64,000 nucleotides of DNA from an uncultured delta proteobacterium (lineage in GTDB: Bacteria; Desulfobacterota; Desulfobacteria; Desulfobacterales; Desulfosalsimonadaceae), in assembly GCA_963826785.1 (NCBI GenBank), contig CAWGYD010000004.1, forward strand, positions 32,001 to 96,000, given 5' to 3'. Below are positions 19,836 to 29,981 of the stretch, piece after piece. The position numbers were made by a program, and so were the translations under genes. A model generated the notes under the pieces. It did no database searches. It had not been told where the DNA came from and saw only the letters and a list, made by a program, of their open reading frames with translations. How positions within the stretch are numbered: position 1 is the first letter of the stretch; every line of letters begins with the position of its first letter.

Positions 19836-20960
19836 TTATGGTGCCTGCACCTGTTCTTTCATGATTTTTTTTCTTCTTGTTGAGGCGGGTTTGATCCCGT
19901 TTTCCGGGACCAGGCGCTTTTCCATCCAGTCCAGCATGTAGGGCCAGGTGATCTCAGGCGCGTGCTTTCCGCAGATCAGGTCCACATGCCCCCAGTGGAG
20001 GCCCTCCTTTTCCCCGCCGAATACCTTGAACGTCTTATCTTTTGATCCGGCTTTTTCAAACGCTTCCATTACCGCTTCTTTGGGAACGGCCAGATCCCGG
20101 TCCCCGTTGACAAACAGGATGGGCGCATGGAGGTCTAAAACGGCGGATTCAAAATCGATGCGGCCGTCGCTGGACAGAAATTTTCCCTTGGCCCCCCATT
20201 CGAAAAAAAACTTGACGACATTGAAGCTGGTCCGGTCAAAGCCCTTGAGTATCCGCTCTTCCAGGATATCGCGCTCGATGCTGCCGGGATGCCAGATCTG
20301 CAGGGGGATTTTATACAGAGGGTGATCCAGAATCCCGAGCCCCAAAGACGCCAGCAGGCCGATGTAGTCGATGTAAAAAACGTCCGGCTGAAGCTGGGGG
20401 AACGGGTAGAACCGGCCTAAAGAGACCCCGGTGCGGGCGATGGCTTTGAGCAGCCGGTTGCCCCGGGCCATGGAGAAGGGGCCTCCGATGGAAATGACGC
20501 CGGCCAGACGGTCCTGATACCTGCTGCCCACGCAGTAGGCGATGGAGCCGCCCAGGCTGTGGCCCATGTAGAAGATTTTTTCATTTCCGGTGATCCTGGC
20601 GGCAGCGTCCACAAAAGCGGGCATGTCCTGGTGGAGATAGGTTTCAAATGCCTCCGGATACGTGCTGCCGTTGGCCCGGCTGAGGCCGTGCCCCCTCAGT
20701 TCGATGTTGAAGGTTTGAAATCCGTTGGCCACCAGATAATTTTCCAGGCTCCGCCGGGTCAGGGTCCAGGTGTAGCGGTTCTGGCCCAGTCCGTGGACCA
20801 GCATCACGTGGGAGCGAACCGGCTGGTCGATGGGCTGCTTACGGGTCATGATCAGATTCATGCCGTCTGCGGTGGATACTTCGTGAAGACTGCGGACATA
20901 ACGGACCGTCTGTCCGTCATTCACCACGTTGGTGACAATACGCTCACCGGCCATATTCAT
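19836..20960 (-). CDS. Alpha/beta hydrolase (lipase/PHA-synthase-like)
   Basis: HGLGQN oxyanion motif, GHSLGG nucleophile elbow, GDRDLAV and WGHVDL catalytic Asp/His. Confidence 0.9.
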   Translation of the reverse strand: MNMAGERIVTNVVNDGQTVRYVRSLHEVSTADGMNLIMTRKQPIDQPVRSHVMLVHGLGQNRYTWTLTRRSLENYLVANGFQTFNIELRGHGLSRANGSTYPEAFETYLHQDMPAFVDAAARITGNEKIFYMGHSLGGSIAYCVGSRYQDRLAGVISIGGPFSMARGNRLLKAIARTGVSLGRFYPFPQLQPDVFYIDYIGLLASLGLGILDHPLYKIPLQIWHPGSIERDILEERILKGFDRTSFNVVKFFFEWGAKGKFLSSDGRIDFESAVLDLHAPILFVNGDRDLAVPKEAVMEAFEKAGSKDKTFKVFGGEKEGLHWGHVDLICGKHAPEITWPYMLDWMEKRLVPENGIKPASTRRKKIMKEQVQAP

Positions 20961-20975
20961 TTTTCTCCTTGCTCC

Positions 20976-22697
20976 TCAGCTGCCGGATTTTGTCACCTGG
21001 TCCCGCAGTTCGCGTTTGAGAACCTTGCCGGCAGGGGAAACCGGGATCATGTCGGTGAAGGCCACCTCCCGCAGTTTCTTGTAAGCCGCCACCTGGCCGT
21101 TCACGTGGTCGATGAGCTGCTGCGCGGTGGCATTCTGCCCTTTTTTCAACTGGACAAAAGCCACCGGGTACTCGCCCGATTTTTCATCCGGCTTGCCCAC
21201 CACCCCGCACATCTCCACGGCCGGATGCGCATAGAGGATCTCCTCGATTTCCCGGGGATAGACATTGTATCCCTTGTAGATGATCATGTCCTTTTTCCGG
21301 TCGGTGATGAAGAAGTATCCGTCTTCATCTTCTTTCCCGATATCTCCGGTATAGAGCCAGCCGTCTTTCAACACCTCGGCGGTGGCCTCGGGCCGGTTCC
21401 AGTAGCCGCGCATCACCTGGGGGCCTTTGATGCAGATTTCACCCTCCCGGCCGGGGGGGAGGTCTTCGCCGGTTTCCGGATCGACCACCTTGAGCTGCGT
21501 GTCAAATATGGGCAGACCCACCGATCCGATTCGGGTCTTTTCGGGGATGGGCGGGTTGCAGGTGGCGCCCATGCTGCATTCGGTCAGGCCGTAGGCTTCG
21601 AGCACCACGGATGATGAAAAGGACCGGCGCATCTGTTCCAGCACCGTCACCGGCAGGGGGGCGGCCCCCGACCCGATCAGCCGGATATTGGAGAGATCCA
21701 CGGTCTTGAAGTCCGGGTGGTTGACCAGGGGCACGTAGAGCTGCGGTGCGCCCCCCAGGGTGGTGGCCCCAAATTTTTTCACCGCCTGGATGTATTCCGC
21801 CGGATCGAACCGGGGGAAGACCACCATCGTGGTGCCGCTGGACACCATGTTGTTGAGATAGCCGATGGTTCCCATGGCGTGAAACCAGGGGACCACCACC
21901 AGTGCGGTTTCCCGGTCCCGGGCCACGCATCGGTCGGTCTCGGGGTTCACCCCTTCCGGATAGACCAGTTCGATTCTGCCGTCTTTTTCCGCCAGCTGTG
22001 CGCCGTTGAACCAGCAGCCGAACTGGAGGGTGTTGGCGGCCACATTTCTGTGGGTCAGCATCACCCCCTTGGAAACGCCGGTGGTGCCGCCGGTGTAGGC
22101 CAGGTGGGCCAGGTCACGATCCACGTCGATGTCGACAACGGGCACTTCAGGCGGATGATTCTTGATCAGCTCCATCATGTCCATCGTGTCGGGCACCGGC
22201 AGTTTGCCCAACAGTTTCAACGGGGCGATGACGGCGTTGTAGCAGTCGCCGATGCTGGTGGAAATGACCCGTTTCACCGGGGTGTCCGGGATCACCGGGG
22301 CGATTCCCGGGTAGAGCAGGTCAAGGCTGAGAAGCGTTTCGGCGCCGGAATCGTTTAACTGGTGGGTGACTTCCTTGGGGGAGAGCAGGGGGCTCAAGGG
22401 GGTGAAGACCCCGCCGATCTTCAACAGGGCATAGTAGGCGATGGCAAACTGGGGCATGTTGGGCAGGTGGATGGCCATCCGGTCGCCTTTCCGGATCCCC
22501 AGGGCCGAAAGCGCGGCGGCAAATCGGTCCGTCAGGGTCTTGAGCTCTGAAAATGTCAGCACCATCCCGCCGAAATGAATGGCGATGCGGTCGGGTACCC
22601 GTTCGGCCGTACTTTCCAGGAAATCATGGACCGGTTTGTCAGGGTAGTTGAGTGACGTCGGCCATTGTTCGGGCCAGGATGTAAAATTTTTTGTCAT
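20976..22697 (-). CDS. Long-chain fatty acid-CoA ligase
   Basis: YTGGTTGVSKG AMP-binding loop, YGLTE, TGDIG and DRKKDMII motifs. Confidence 0.94.
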   Translation of the reverse strand: MTKNFTSWPEQWPTSLNYPDKPVHDFLESTAERVPDRIAIHFGGMVLTFSELKTLTDRFAAALSALGIRKGDRMAIHLPNMPQFAIAYYALLKIGGVFTPLSPLLSPKEVTHQLNDSGAETLLSLDLLYPGIAPVIPDTPVKRVISTSIGDCYNAVIAPLKLLGKLPVPDTMDMMELIKNHPPEVPVVDIDVDRDLAHLAYTGGTTGVSKGVMLTHRNVAANTLQFGCWFNGAQLAEKDGRIELVYPEGVNPETDRCVARDRETALVVVPWFHAMGTIGYLNNMVSSGTTMVVFPRFDPAEYIQAVKKFGATTLGGAPQLYVPLVNHPDFKTVDLSNIRLIGSGAAPLPVTVLEQMRRSFSSSVVLEAYGLTECSMGATCNPPIPEKTRIGSVGLPIFDTQLKVVDPETGEDLPPGREGEICIKGPQVMRGYWNRPEATAEVLKDGWLYTGDIGKEDEDGYFFITDRKKDMIIYKGYNVYPREIEEILYAHPAVEMCGVVGKPDEKSGEYPVAFVQLKKGQNATAQQLIDHVNGQVAAYKKLREVAFTDMIPVSPAGKVLKRELRDQVTKSGS

Positions 22698-22872
22698 GGT
22701 CCCCCTCCTTGATTGACTGATCGGATGATGCGGTAAGCCTTAGCGGTCGTTTCGATATCAAAAAACAGTGTTATGGGTTGATAACAAATGTTTTTCCATA
22801 ACATGATTTTTTTTAAATCGGGTAGGAAAATAAATGGGGGGCATGATCCGGTTTTATTTTACGGCCGGATTC

Positions 22873-23685
22873 CTAAAATGAAATCAATGGACTGGCCAGG
22901 TGCTGAACGGCAATGGTGACGGCGGTCTGTTTGGGGTCGACGGGTTCGGCCACCACGCTCAAGACCTTTTCCGGTGTGTTGTTGGTTTCGCTGAGATGGG
23001 CCAGCACCAGGTTTTTTAAATCCGCATGCAGGACCTCCATCAGCAGGTCCCGGGAGGATTCATTGCACAAATGCCCGCGGCGGCTCATGATCCGCTGCTT
23101 GACGGGCCAGGGATAAGGCCCTTCCTCCAGCATGCGCGTGTCGTGGTTGGCTTCCAGGATCAGGCAGTGGCAGGCATTCAGGTGGTGCCGGACCATGGCC
23201 GTGGCCATGCCCAGATCCGTGGCGATGCCGATTTTTTTGCCGCTGCAGGCGATGGTGAATCCTGCCGGGTCCAGGGCGTCATGCGAGGTGGAAAACGGCC
23301 GGACAGTCAATTCACCCACGCCGAAAGCGTCGCCGCAGGCAAATGCCCGTCTTTCGCTCAGGGTCCCGATGCCCAGATCCAGGCGACCTGTTTTATCGGA
23401 AAGGTATACCGGAAGCCGGTATTTGCGGGAAAGGACACCCACACCCCGGATATGGTCGGCGTGCTCATGGGAGACGATAATGGCGGAAAGTGTTTTGGGG
23501 GACAATCCCCTTGCGGCCATCCGGCGTTCGATTTCAATGCCGGACAGGCCGGCGTCGATCAGGATGGCGGTGTGCGGGGTGGCGATATAGATGCAGTTGC
23601 CTTTGCTGCCGCTGGCCAGCATGCAGACGCTTAAAACATCACCCGTGTCCGGCGGCGTGAGGACAGCGGCAGGAGCGGGCTTCAT
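22873..23685 (-). CDS. MBL-fold metallo-hydrolase, YycJ/WalJ-like
   Basis: [21 protein letters not shown] and LAHLSETNN motifs. Confidence 0.92.
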   Translation of the reverse strand: MKPAPAAVLTPPDTGDVLSVCMLASGSKGNCIYIATPHTAILIDAGLSGIEIERRMAARGLSPKTLSAIIVSHEHADHIRGVGVLSRKYRLPVYLSDKTGRLDLGIGTLSERRAFACGDAFGVGELTVRPFSTSHDALDPAGFTIACSGKKIGIATDLGMATAMVRHHLNACHCLILEANHDTRMLEEGPYPWPVKQRIMSRRGHLCNESSRDLLMEVLHADLKNLVLAHLSETNNTPEKVLSVVAEPVDPKQTAVTIAVQHLASPLISF

Positions 23686-24140
23686 CTTCCCGTATGCCCG
23701 AATCCGCCGCTGCTTCGCCGGGATTCATCGAGTTCATCCACCACTAAAAGGGCTGCCCGGCAAACCGGGCAAATGATCATCTGGGCCACCCGGTCGCCCC
23801 GGTTGACGGTATAAGCGGATTTGCCCAGGTTGATCAGGGCGATTTTGACCTCGCCCCGAAAGTCCGCATCGATGGTGCCGGGCGCGTTGGCCAGGCTGAC
23901 GCCGTGGTTGACCGCCAGGCCGCTGCGGGGCCGGATCTGGGCTTCGTATCCTTCGGGAAGGGCCATGGCAAAACCGGTGGGGATCAGGGCGATGTCGCCG
24001 GGGGCCAGAACGACGGGACGGTCCACGGCGGCACAGACATCCATGCCTGCGGCATGGGCGGTCATATAGCGGGGGAGGGGAATATCCGAATCCGCATCTG
24101 GCCGGATCCGGCGGCATTTGATCTCTATCGGGTCATGCAC
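23682..24140 (-). CDS. dut: dUTP diphosphatase
   Basis: [21 protein letters not shown] and GGFGHTG motifs. Confidence 0.97.
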   Translation of the reverse strand: MHDPIEIKCRRIRPDADSDIPLPRYMTAHAAGMDVCAAVDRPVVLAPGDIALIPTGFAMALPEGYEAQIRPRSGLAVNHGVSLANAPGTIDADFRGEVKIALINLGKSAYTVNRGDRVAQMIICPVCRAALLVVDELDESRRSSGGFGHTGR

Positions 24141-24209
24141 TAAAAAGGATCCTTCAAGATCTTTGAACGTATTCGACGCGTAAATTTTCTTTTGCGATTG
24201 ATTGGCTGC

Positions 24210-24340
24210 GGCTGACGGGCGCGTGAACAGGCGACTGGCCGCTCAGAATCTTTTTGCCGGCCACTGCTGCCGATCAGCTGAAGCTCCTGGGCCCGAAAAT
24301 CACTATTTATTGCGGTTTGAAAACCGGGTCCTTTGGGGCA
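24210..24340. repeat. Decayed inverted copy of the 13230-13396 element
   Basis: ggctgacgggcgcgtgaacaggcgactggccgctcagaatctttttgccggcca aligns with the reverse complement of about 13342-13396. Confidence 0.7.
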
Positions 24341-24379
24341 GGTCGGAAAAAATAGGCTTTGCCTGAACCATCTCGATGA

Positions 24380-24507
24380 GGAAGTCAGGAGTCAGAATCC
24401 AGAATTCAGAAGGAGGTATTCGCCTGCGGCTCAGTCAAATAAAACTTAAATGCCGAAGCGAAGCGACATCAATCATTCTGGCTCCTGACTTCTGACTTCT
24501 GGATTCT
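24380..24507. repeat. Inverted array of 7-bp tandem repeats (AGAAGTC/GACTTCT type)
   Basis: Left arm ggaagtc-aggagtc-agaatcc-agaattc; right arm ggctcct-gacttct-gacttct-ggattct. Confidence 0.8.
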
Positions 24508-24608
24508 CATTTAAATTACGGCAAGCCCTTTCAAGGGGCATTTAAAGCCGGGTCATTTGAACCCGGATCTTTACTCGTCCCCGTTTTTTTACAGGCTTCC
24601 GGTAAAGA

Positions 24609-26727
24609 TCAGACGGATTTCTTTTCCGGGTCCGAATCCTTTTCCGTGTCATCCAGCAAGGCCTTGCGGCTGAGCTTGATCTTGCCTTCCTTGGTGATCT
24701 CCAGCACCTTGACCTTGATGATATCGCCTTCTTTGACCACGTCCCGTGACATTCTTGACCCGGTAGGGGGCCAGTTCCGAGATGTGGACCAGGCCGTCGG
24801 TCTTGGGCTTGATCTGCACAAATGCACCGAAATCGGTGATTTTCACCACTTTTCCTTCGTACACGGCCCCTGGCTCGGGGTCCATGCCGATTTCCGCGAT
24901 GATGTCCGCCGCCCTCTCCCCTTCTTCCTTTGAAAACGCCGCGATCTTCACCAGGCCGGAATCATCGATTTCGATCTGGGTGTTGGTTTCCGCCTGGATG
25001 GCGCGGATGATCTTGCCGCCCGGGCCGATGATTTCCCCGATCCGCTCCGGGTTGACCCGGACCGTGAAGATATTGGGCGCATAGGGGGAAAGTTCTCCCC
25101 GGGGCGCTTTTAAAGTCTCCTCCATCTTTTTAAGAATGTGGAGCCGGCCTTCTTTGGCCTGCTGAAGCGCTTTGGCCAGGACCTCTTTGGGCAGGGAATG
25201 GATCTTGATATCCATCTGCAGGGCGGTGATCCCTTCTGCGGTGCCGGCAACCTTGAAATCCATGTCGCCGGTGTGGTCTTCATCGCCCAGAATGTCGGAG
25301 AGGACCACCACTTTGTCGCCGTCGGCCACCAGGCCCATGGCAATTCCGGAAACGGGGGCGGAAATGGGGACCCCGCCGTCCATCATGGCCAGGGAACCGG
25401 CGCAAACCGTTCCCATGGACGATGAGCCGTTGGATTCCAGGACTTCCGATACGATCCGGAGAGTGTAGTCAAAGTCTTCCTTCGGAGGCAAAACTTTCTC
25501 CAGTGCCCGTCTGGCCAGGGCGCCGTGGCCGATGTCCCGGCGGCTGGGGCCGGAAATGCGCCGGACTTCCCCCACGGAATAGGGAGGGAAGTTGTAATGG
25601 AGCATGAACCGAACGGTTTCATCCCCCAAAAGGGTTTCCACCCGCTGCTCGTCTGGCCCGGAGCCCAGGGTTAAAGACGCCAGCACCTGGGTCTCGCCCC
25701 GGGTGAACAGCGCACTGCCATGAACCCGGGGAAGCAGGGCCGCTTCACAGGTAATCGGCCGAACCTCATCGAATTTCCGATTGTCGATGCGATGGCCTTT
25801 TTCCAGGATAAACTCCCGGTTGACCTGCTTTTCGATGTCTTTGAGAATTTCCGAGACCTGTTTTTTGCGGTCCGCATATTCTTCCCCCAGGTTTTCCACA
25901 ATGTCGGCCTTGACCTGGTGAAGCGCATCGGTTCGCTTGGATTTTTCAGGGATGGTGACCGCTTCGGCGATTTTCGGCCGGGCTTCGGCCTCGAGTCTGG
26001 CCACCAGTTCGGGATCCCGCTGGGGCGGTTCAAATGCCCGCTTGGGGACGCCCGCGCTCTCCCGGAGTTTTTCCTGGAGTTCGATGATGGACTGCAGTTG
26101 TTCATGGCCATAGTAAATGGCTTCGGCCATTTCTTCTTCGGAAACGATATTGCCGCCGCCTTCCACCATGATGATGCCGGTTTTCGACCCGGCCACCATG
26201 ACGTCGATGTCCGAGATCTTGCGCTGTTCGATGGTGGGATTGATGACAAACTCGCCATCGACGCGGCCGACGCGGACGCTGGCCACCGGCCCTTCAAAAG
26301 GGATGTCCGAGAGCATGAGCGCCGCCGATGCCCCGTTTAAGGCCAGCACATCCGGGTCATTGACCTGATCCATGGACAGAACCGTTGCGATCACCTGAAT
26401 TTCGGAGCGGTACCCCTTGGGAAACAGCGGACGGATGGGCCGATCGGTCATGCGGGCGGTAAGCGTTTCCTTTTCGCTGGGCCGGCCGATTTCCCGACGG
26501 AAATAGTTTCCCGGAATCCGTCCGGCGGCGTAAATCTTTTCCATGTATTCGACGGATAGCGGCAGAAAATCGATATCGGGCCGCTCTTCCCGGCCGGATA
26601 CCACGGTCACCAGGATAATGGTTTCGCCGTACTGGACCATGACCGCACCGGAGGCCTGCTTGGCCACTTTGCCGGTCTGGATGGTGAGCGTCTCCCCTCC
26701 GATGGTGGTTCTAAATGAAATTTCCAT
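24609..26727 (-). CDS. pnp: Polyribonucleotide nucleotidyltransferase (apparent 1-bp insertion at 24743-24745 in the S1 domain)
   Basis: [23 protein letters not shown] and GDMDFKVAG motifs plus KH and S1 domains; the C-terminus [13 protein letters not shown] continues in a shifted frame. Confidence 0.97.
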
Positions 26728-26952
26728 ATTTTTTTCTCCTTTGGCTTGTCAGATGTTCAGAGGCCTTCGACCATGAACCCAGCCTCCCAGGCGCCAGAAA
26801 GGGGCATTTGCCACATGCTTATCCGCCGAATGATGAGTATGGGAACCTGTTTCAAGAAGGGATGTCATTTCAGTTCTGCATTCAGGCGAGGGCTGTGCCG
26901 CGTTTGCTTGCGGCGAAGCCAGTTGGTTGCCCGTGAATGCAAAATAAAGGAC

Positions 26953-27222
26953 TTATCTTCTTAATCCGAGTTCGCTGATGATGGAGCGGTACCGGTGAAC
27001 ATCCTTGTTTTTTACATAATTTAAAAGTCTTCGGCGCTTGCCCACCATGATGAGGAGTCCTCTTCTGGAATGGTGGTCTTTCTTGTGCGCCTTCAAGTGA
27101 TCGGTCAGGTGGACGATCCGGTCGGTCAGAAGGGCGATCTGCACTTCGGGCGAACCGGTGTCTGATTCATGCAGCTTGAATCTTTCGATGGTTTCCTGTT
27201 TCCTGCTTTCTGGAATATTCAC
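26953..27222 (-). CDS. rpsO: 30S ribosomal protein S15
   Basis: [13 protein letters not shown] and [12 protein letters not shown] motifs. Confidence 0.99.
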   Translation of the reverse strand: MNIPESRKQETIERFKLHESDTGSPEVQIALLTDRIVHLTDHLKAHKKDHHSRRGLLIMVGKRRRLLNYVKNKDVHRYRSIISELGLRR

Positions 27223-27375
27223 ACTCTCCTCCTTTAATCGAATTCATTCCCAACGTGAAACTCAGTAAAAAAATAACTTGCAGCATCTGCCCGACAGATC
27301 TGCCCGTACCTGTCATATCGATAAAACGCTTTTTCTTCCCGGCCAGTTAAGGCTGTCCGTAGGCACGATATCATA

Positions 27376-28284
27376 TTATGCGTGTTGAAAAACACAACAA
27401 TAATCATACCGTCCCTGATCGGGGCAAGGGCTGACAATCGCCAGCAGCCGGTTGTCGGGGGTGATCACCTTGACGAAAGCTGCGACCGGAACCGGCGATT
27501 CAGGATGGTCATCGAAAGTGATCATCCTGCCGAAACGGATTTTTTCTTCCATCTCCGGGTCGGCGACCACCGCCGCCATATCCCCCAGTGCATCCGACAT
27601 GGAAATCAGGCGATCGGAAAGCACGTGGCCTTCGGATTGCCGCTCAATTTCCGACAGCTTCACCGCCGCGCTGATGTCAAATCCGCCGCATTCGGTCCGC
27701 CGCAGCGACGCCAGATGTCCGCCGCACCCCAGAACACTGCCCATATCCGCGCACAGGGTGCGAATGTAGGTGCCAGATGAGCACCTCACCTCGAAGGAAA
27801 CCGAAGGTAGGTTGATTTCATTGATTTTAATGTATGAAATATAAACCGGCCGCGCAGGCTTGTAAACCGGTTTTCCTTTCCGGGCATAGCGGTAAAGCGG
27901 CACCCCTTCGTGCTTTAGCGCCGAGTATGCCGGCGGCGTCTGTTGGATCTCCCCCTCAAACTGTCGGCACACCGCCCGGATTTCCGCTTCGGTGACGGCA
28001 TCGGCACAGCGCCTTTGGACCACCGATCCGGTGGCGTCCTGGGTATCGGTGTCCACGCCCAGCCGCATGGTGGCGGCATAGGTTTTGCTGCTGTTTAAAA
28101 AAAAGCGGGAAATCCGGGTGGCCCGGTTGATGGTGCAGATCATCACCCCGGTGGCAAACGGGTCCAGCGTTCCCGTATGCCCGGCTTTCCTGAAACCGGT
28201 AAGTTTTCGGATCCGGTTGACCACCCCTGCGGAGGTCATGTTTTCCGGCTTGTCCACAATTAAAATGCCGCTGGGTTCGTGCAT
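27376..28284 (-). CDS. truB: tRNA pseudouridine(55) synthase
   Basis: KAGHTGTLDPFATG, PPAYSALK and CSSGTYIRTL motifs. Confidence 0.97.
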   Translation of the reverse strand: MHEPSGILIVDKPENMTSAGVVNRIRKLTGFRKAGHTGTLDPFATGVMICTINRATRISRFFLNSSKTYAATMRLGVDTDTQDATGSVVQRRCADAVTEAEIRAVCRQFEGEIQQTPPAYSALKHEGVPLYRYARKGKPVYKPARPVYISYIKINEINLPSVSFEVRCSSGTYIRTLCADMGSVLGCGGHLASLRRTECGGFDISAAVKLSEIERQSEGHVLSDRLISMSDALGDMAAVVADPEMEEKIRFGRMITFDDHPESPVPVAAFVKVITPDNRLLAIVSPCPDQGRYDYCCVFQHA

Positions 28285-28355
28285 ACTAAATATTCAAATC
28301 GCCATCTAAAATGGTATGTCCACCGAATCCTTCAGTCTTCAGCCGCAACGCTTAA

Positions 28356-29330
28356 TCACAGATGCGACGAAAACTGGAAAACAGTTGATTTCAGATCCAG
28401 CAGGCTGGTCTTGATATCAAACCCGGCGGCGGTCTGATGCCCGCCGCCCCCGAAGGAGGAGGCGATGGCCGCCACATTCACCGATCCGTCGGAACGGAGA
28501 CTGACATGGAAATGGCTCCTCCCATTGGAGCGTCCGGCGCTGCTCCGGCGCTCGTAGAGCAAAACCGCAAGCTTCACGTTCTCGATCCGTTTGGCATAAT
28601 TGATCAGGCCGTTGACGTCTTCGATGTGGGTGCCGCTGGCGTCCAGCATCTTCTGGGTCAGGGTCATGACCGACATCCTGCCGTTTTCAGAAAGCTCGAT
28701 GGTATCATAGAGCATGTTGAGCAGCTTGATCCGGTTGAGCGAAATGGTCTCATAGACATGGTGCGCCACCTTGTGCGGGTCGGCGCCCCGCCGCACCATC
28801 TCATGGGAGATCATGAACGCCTCCGGGGTGGTGTTCGAAAACCGGAAGGAGCCCGTGTCGGCCATGATGCCGGTGTAGATGGCATAGGCCATGCCGGTAT
28901 CCACCGGTATCTTGAGTTCCTGAATGATCCGGTAGACGATTTCCGCCGTCGATGATGCCGCCGGATCGATCAGCTGCAGCGCCCCGAAGCGGGTGTTTGT
29001 CGTATGATGATCGATATTGATGACCACCGGCAGCCGGCTGACCGCCGCTGCGGCATCGCCGATCCGGTGCAGGTCGGAGCAGTCGACGATGATCGCCGTG
29101 TCGTATTCGGCCAAGTCCCCGGTCTTATTCAAGATTTTGTGAATCGACGGCAGAAACTGGTACACCGCCGGCAGCGGACTCTCATTGTAGAGCCGCACCT
29201 TGCACTTGATCTGCTCCAGGGCGAGGCCGAGTCCGATCAGGGATCCGATGGCATCGCCGTCCGGGTGGACATGAGACGCAATGAAGATGTTTTTACTCTT
29301 CTTCAGGTGGCTTATAATCTGCTGTATCAT
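28356..29330 (-). CDS. DHH/DHHA1 phosphoesterase (NrnA-like)
   Basis: HVHPDGDAIGS, IDHH, DTGSF and GGGGH motifs. Confidence 0.94.
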   Translation of the reverse strand: MIQQIISHLKKSKNIFIASHVHPDGDAIGSLIGLGLALEQIKCKVRLYNESPLPAVYQFLPSIHKILNKTGDLAEYDTAIIVDCSDLHRIGDAAAAVSRLPVVINIDHHTTNTRFGALQLIDPAASSTAEIVYRIIQELKIPVDTGMAYAIYTGIMADTGSFRFSNTTPEAFMISHEMVRRGADPHKVAHHVYETISLNRIKLLNMLYDTIELSENGRMSVMTLTQKMLDASGTHIEDVNGLINYAKRIENVKLAVLLYERRSSAGRSNGRSHFHVSLRSDGSVNVAAIASSFGGGGHQTAAGFDIKTSLLDLKSTVFQFSSHL

Positions 29331-29673
29331 CTTTGACGATTTTTTTCAGCACCGAATCCATGTGAAATCCGTAATCAATCGATTCATCGTAATAAAAACG
29401 AAGATCAGGCATATATCGCAGATTCAGTTCCTGTGCAAGTGTATATTTGATGAATCCCTTGGCCTTATCAAAGCCTTCCAGGGCATCTGCTTTGCTGACA
29501 CTCCGGTCCGAAATGACGAAATAGACGCGCGCCAGTTTGAGATCCGGCGACATCTTCACGCCGGTGATCACCGCTGTTTCCAGCCGCGGGTCCTTGATCG
29601 ATTTTTTCAGCAGAAGCGAGAGGCTCTCCTGTATCAGGGCGCTCACCCGGTCGGCTCTGGCAAATGGTTTCAT
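29293..29673 (-). CDS. rbfA: Ribosome-binding factor A
   Basis: IKDPRL, SPDLKLARVY and LRYMPDLRF motifs. Confidence 0.96.
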   Translation of the reverse strand: MKPFARADRVSALIQESLSLLLKKSIKDPRLETAVITGVKMSPDLKLARVYFVISDRSVSKADALEGFDKAKGFIKYTLAQELNLRYMPDLRFYYDESIDYGFHMDSVLKKIVKDDTADYKPPEEE

Positions 29674-29957
29674 ATGTGAATGATCTCCATGGTCGTGTCG
29701 ATGGTCTCGGCCAAATGGAGATCATCGACAAACGCGAAGAGTTTATCGATTTTAGAGTTAACGAGGCGCGAATCATTCCCCACGAAGGCAAATCCGATCT
29801 GGGCCCGCTGGTGAAGGTCGTTATCACCGGTTTCCGCAATGGACGCATTAAACGCATTTTTCGACCGGGCCACAATGGATTTGACGACTTTGCGCTTTTC
29901 CTTGAGGGAGTGGGCGTCGGAAAGCTTCAGTATAATGGTGCCGAATCCGATAACCAT
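29670..29957 (-). CDS. DUF503 (YlxP-like) protein
   Basis: SLKEKRKVVKS and FNASIAE motifs; conserved position between infB and rbfA. Confidence 0.9.
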   Translation of the reverse strand: MVIGFGTIILKLSDAHSLKEKRKVVKSIVARSKNAFNASIAETGDNDLHQRAQIGFAFVGNDSRLVNSKIDKLFAFVDDLHLAETIDTTMEIIHI

Positions 29958-29981
29958 TTGAAAAACATGCTCCCGTCACGA

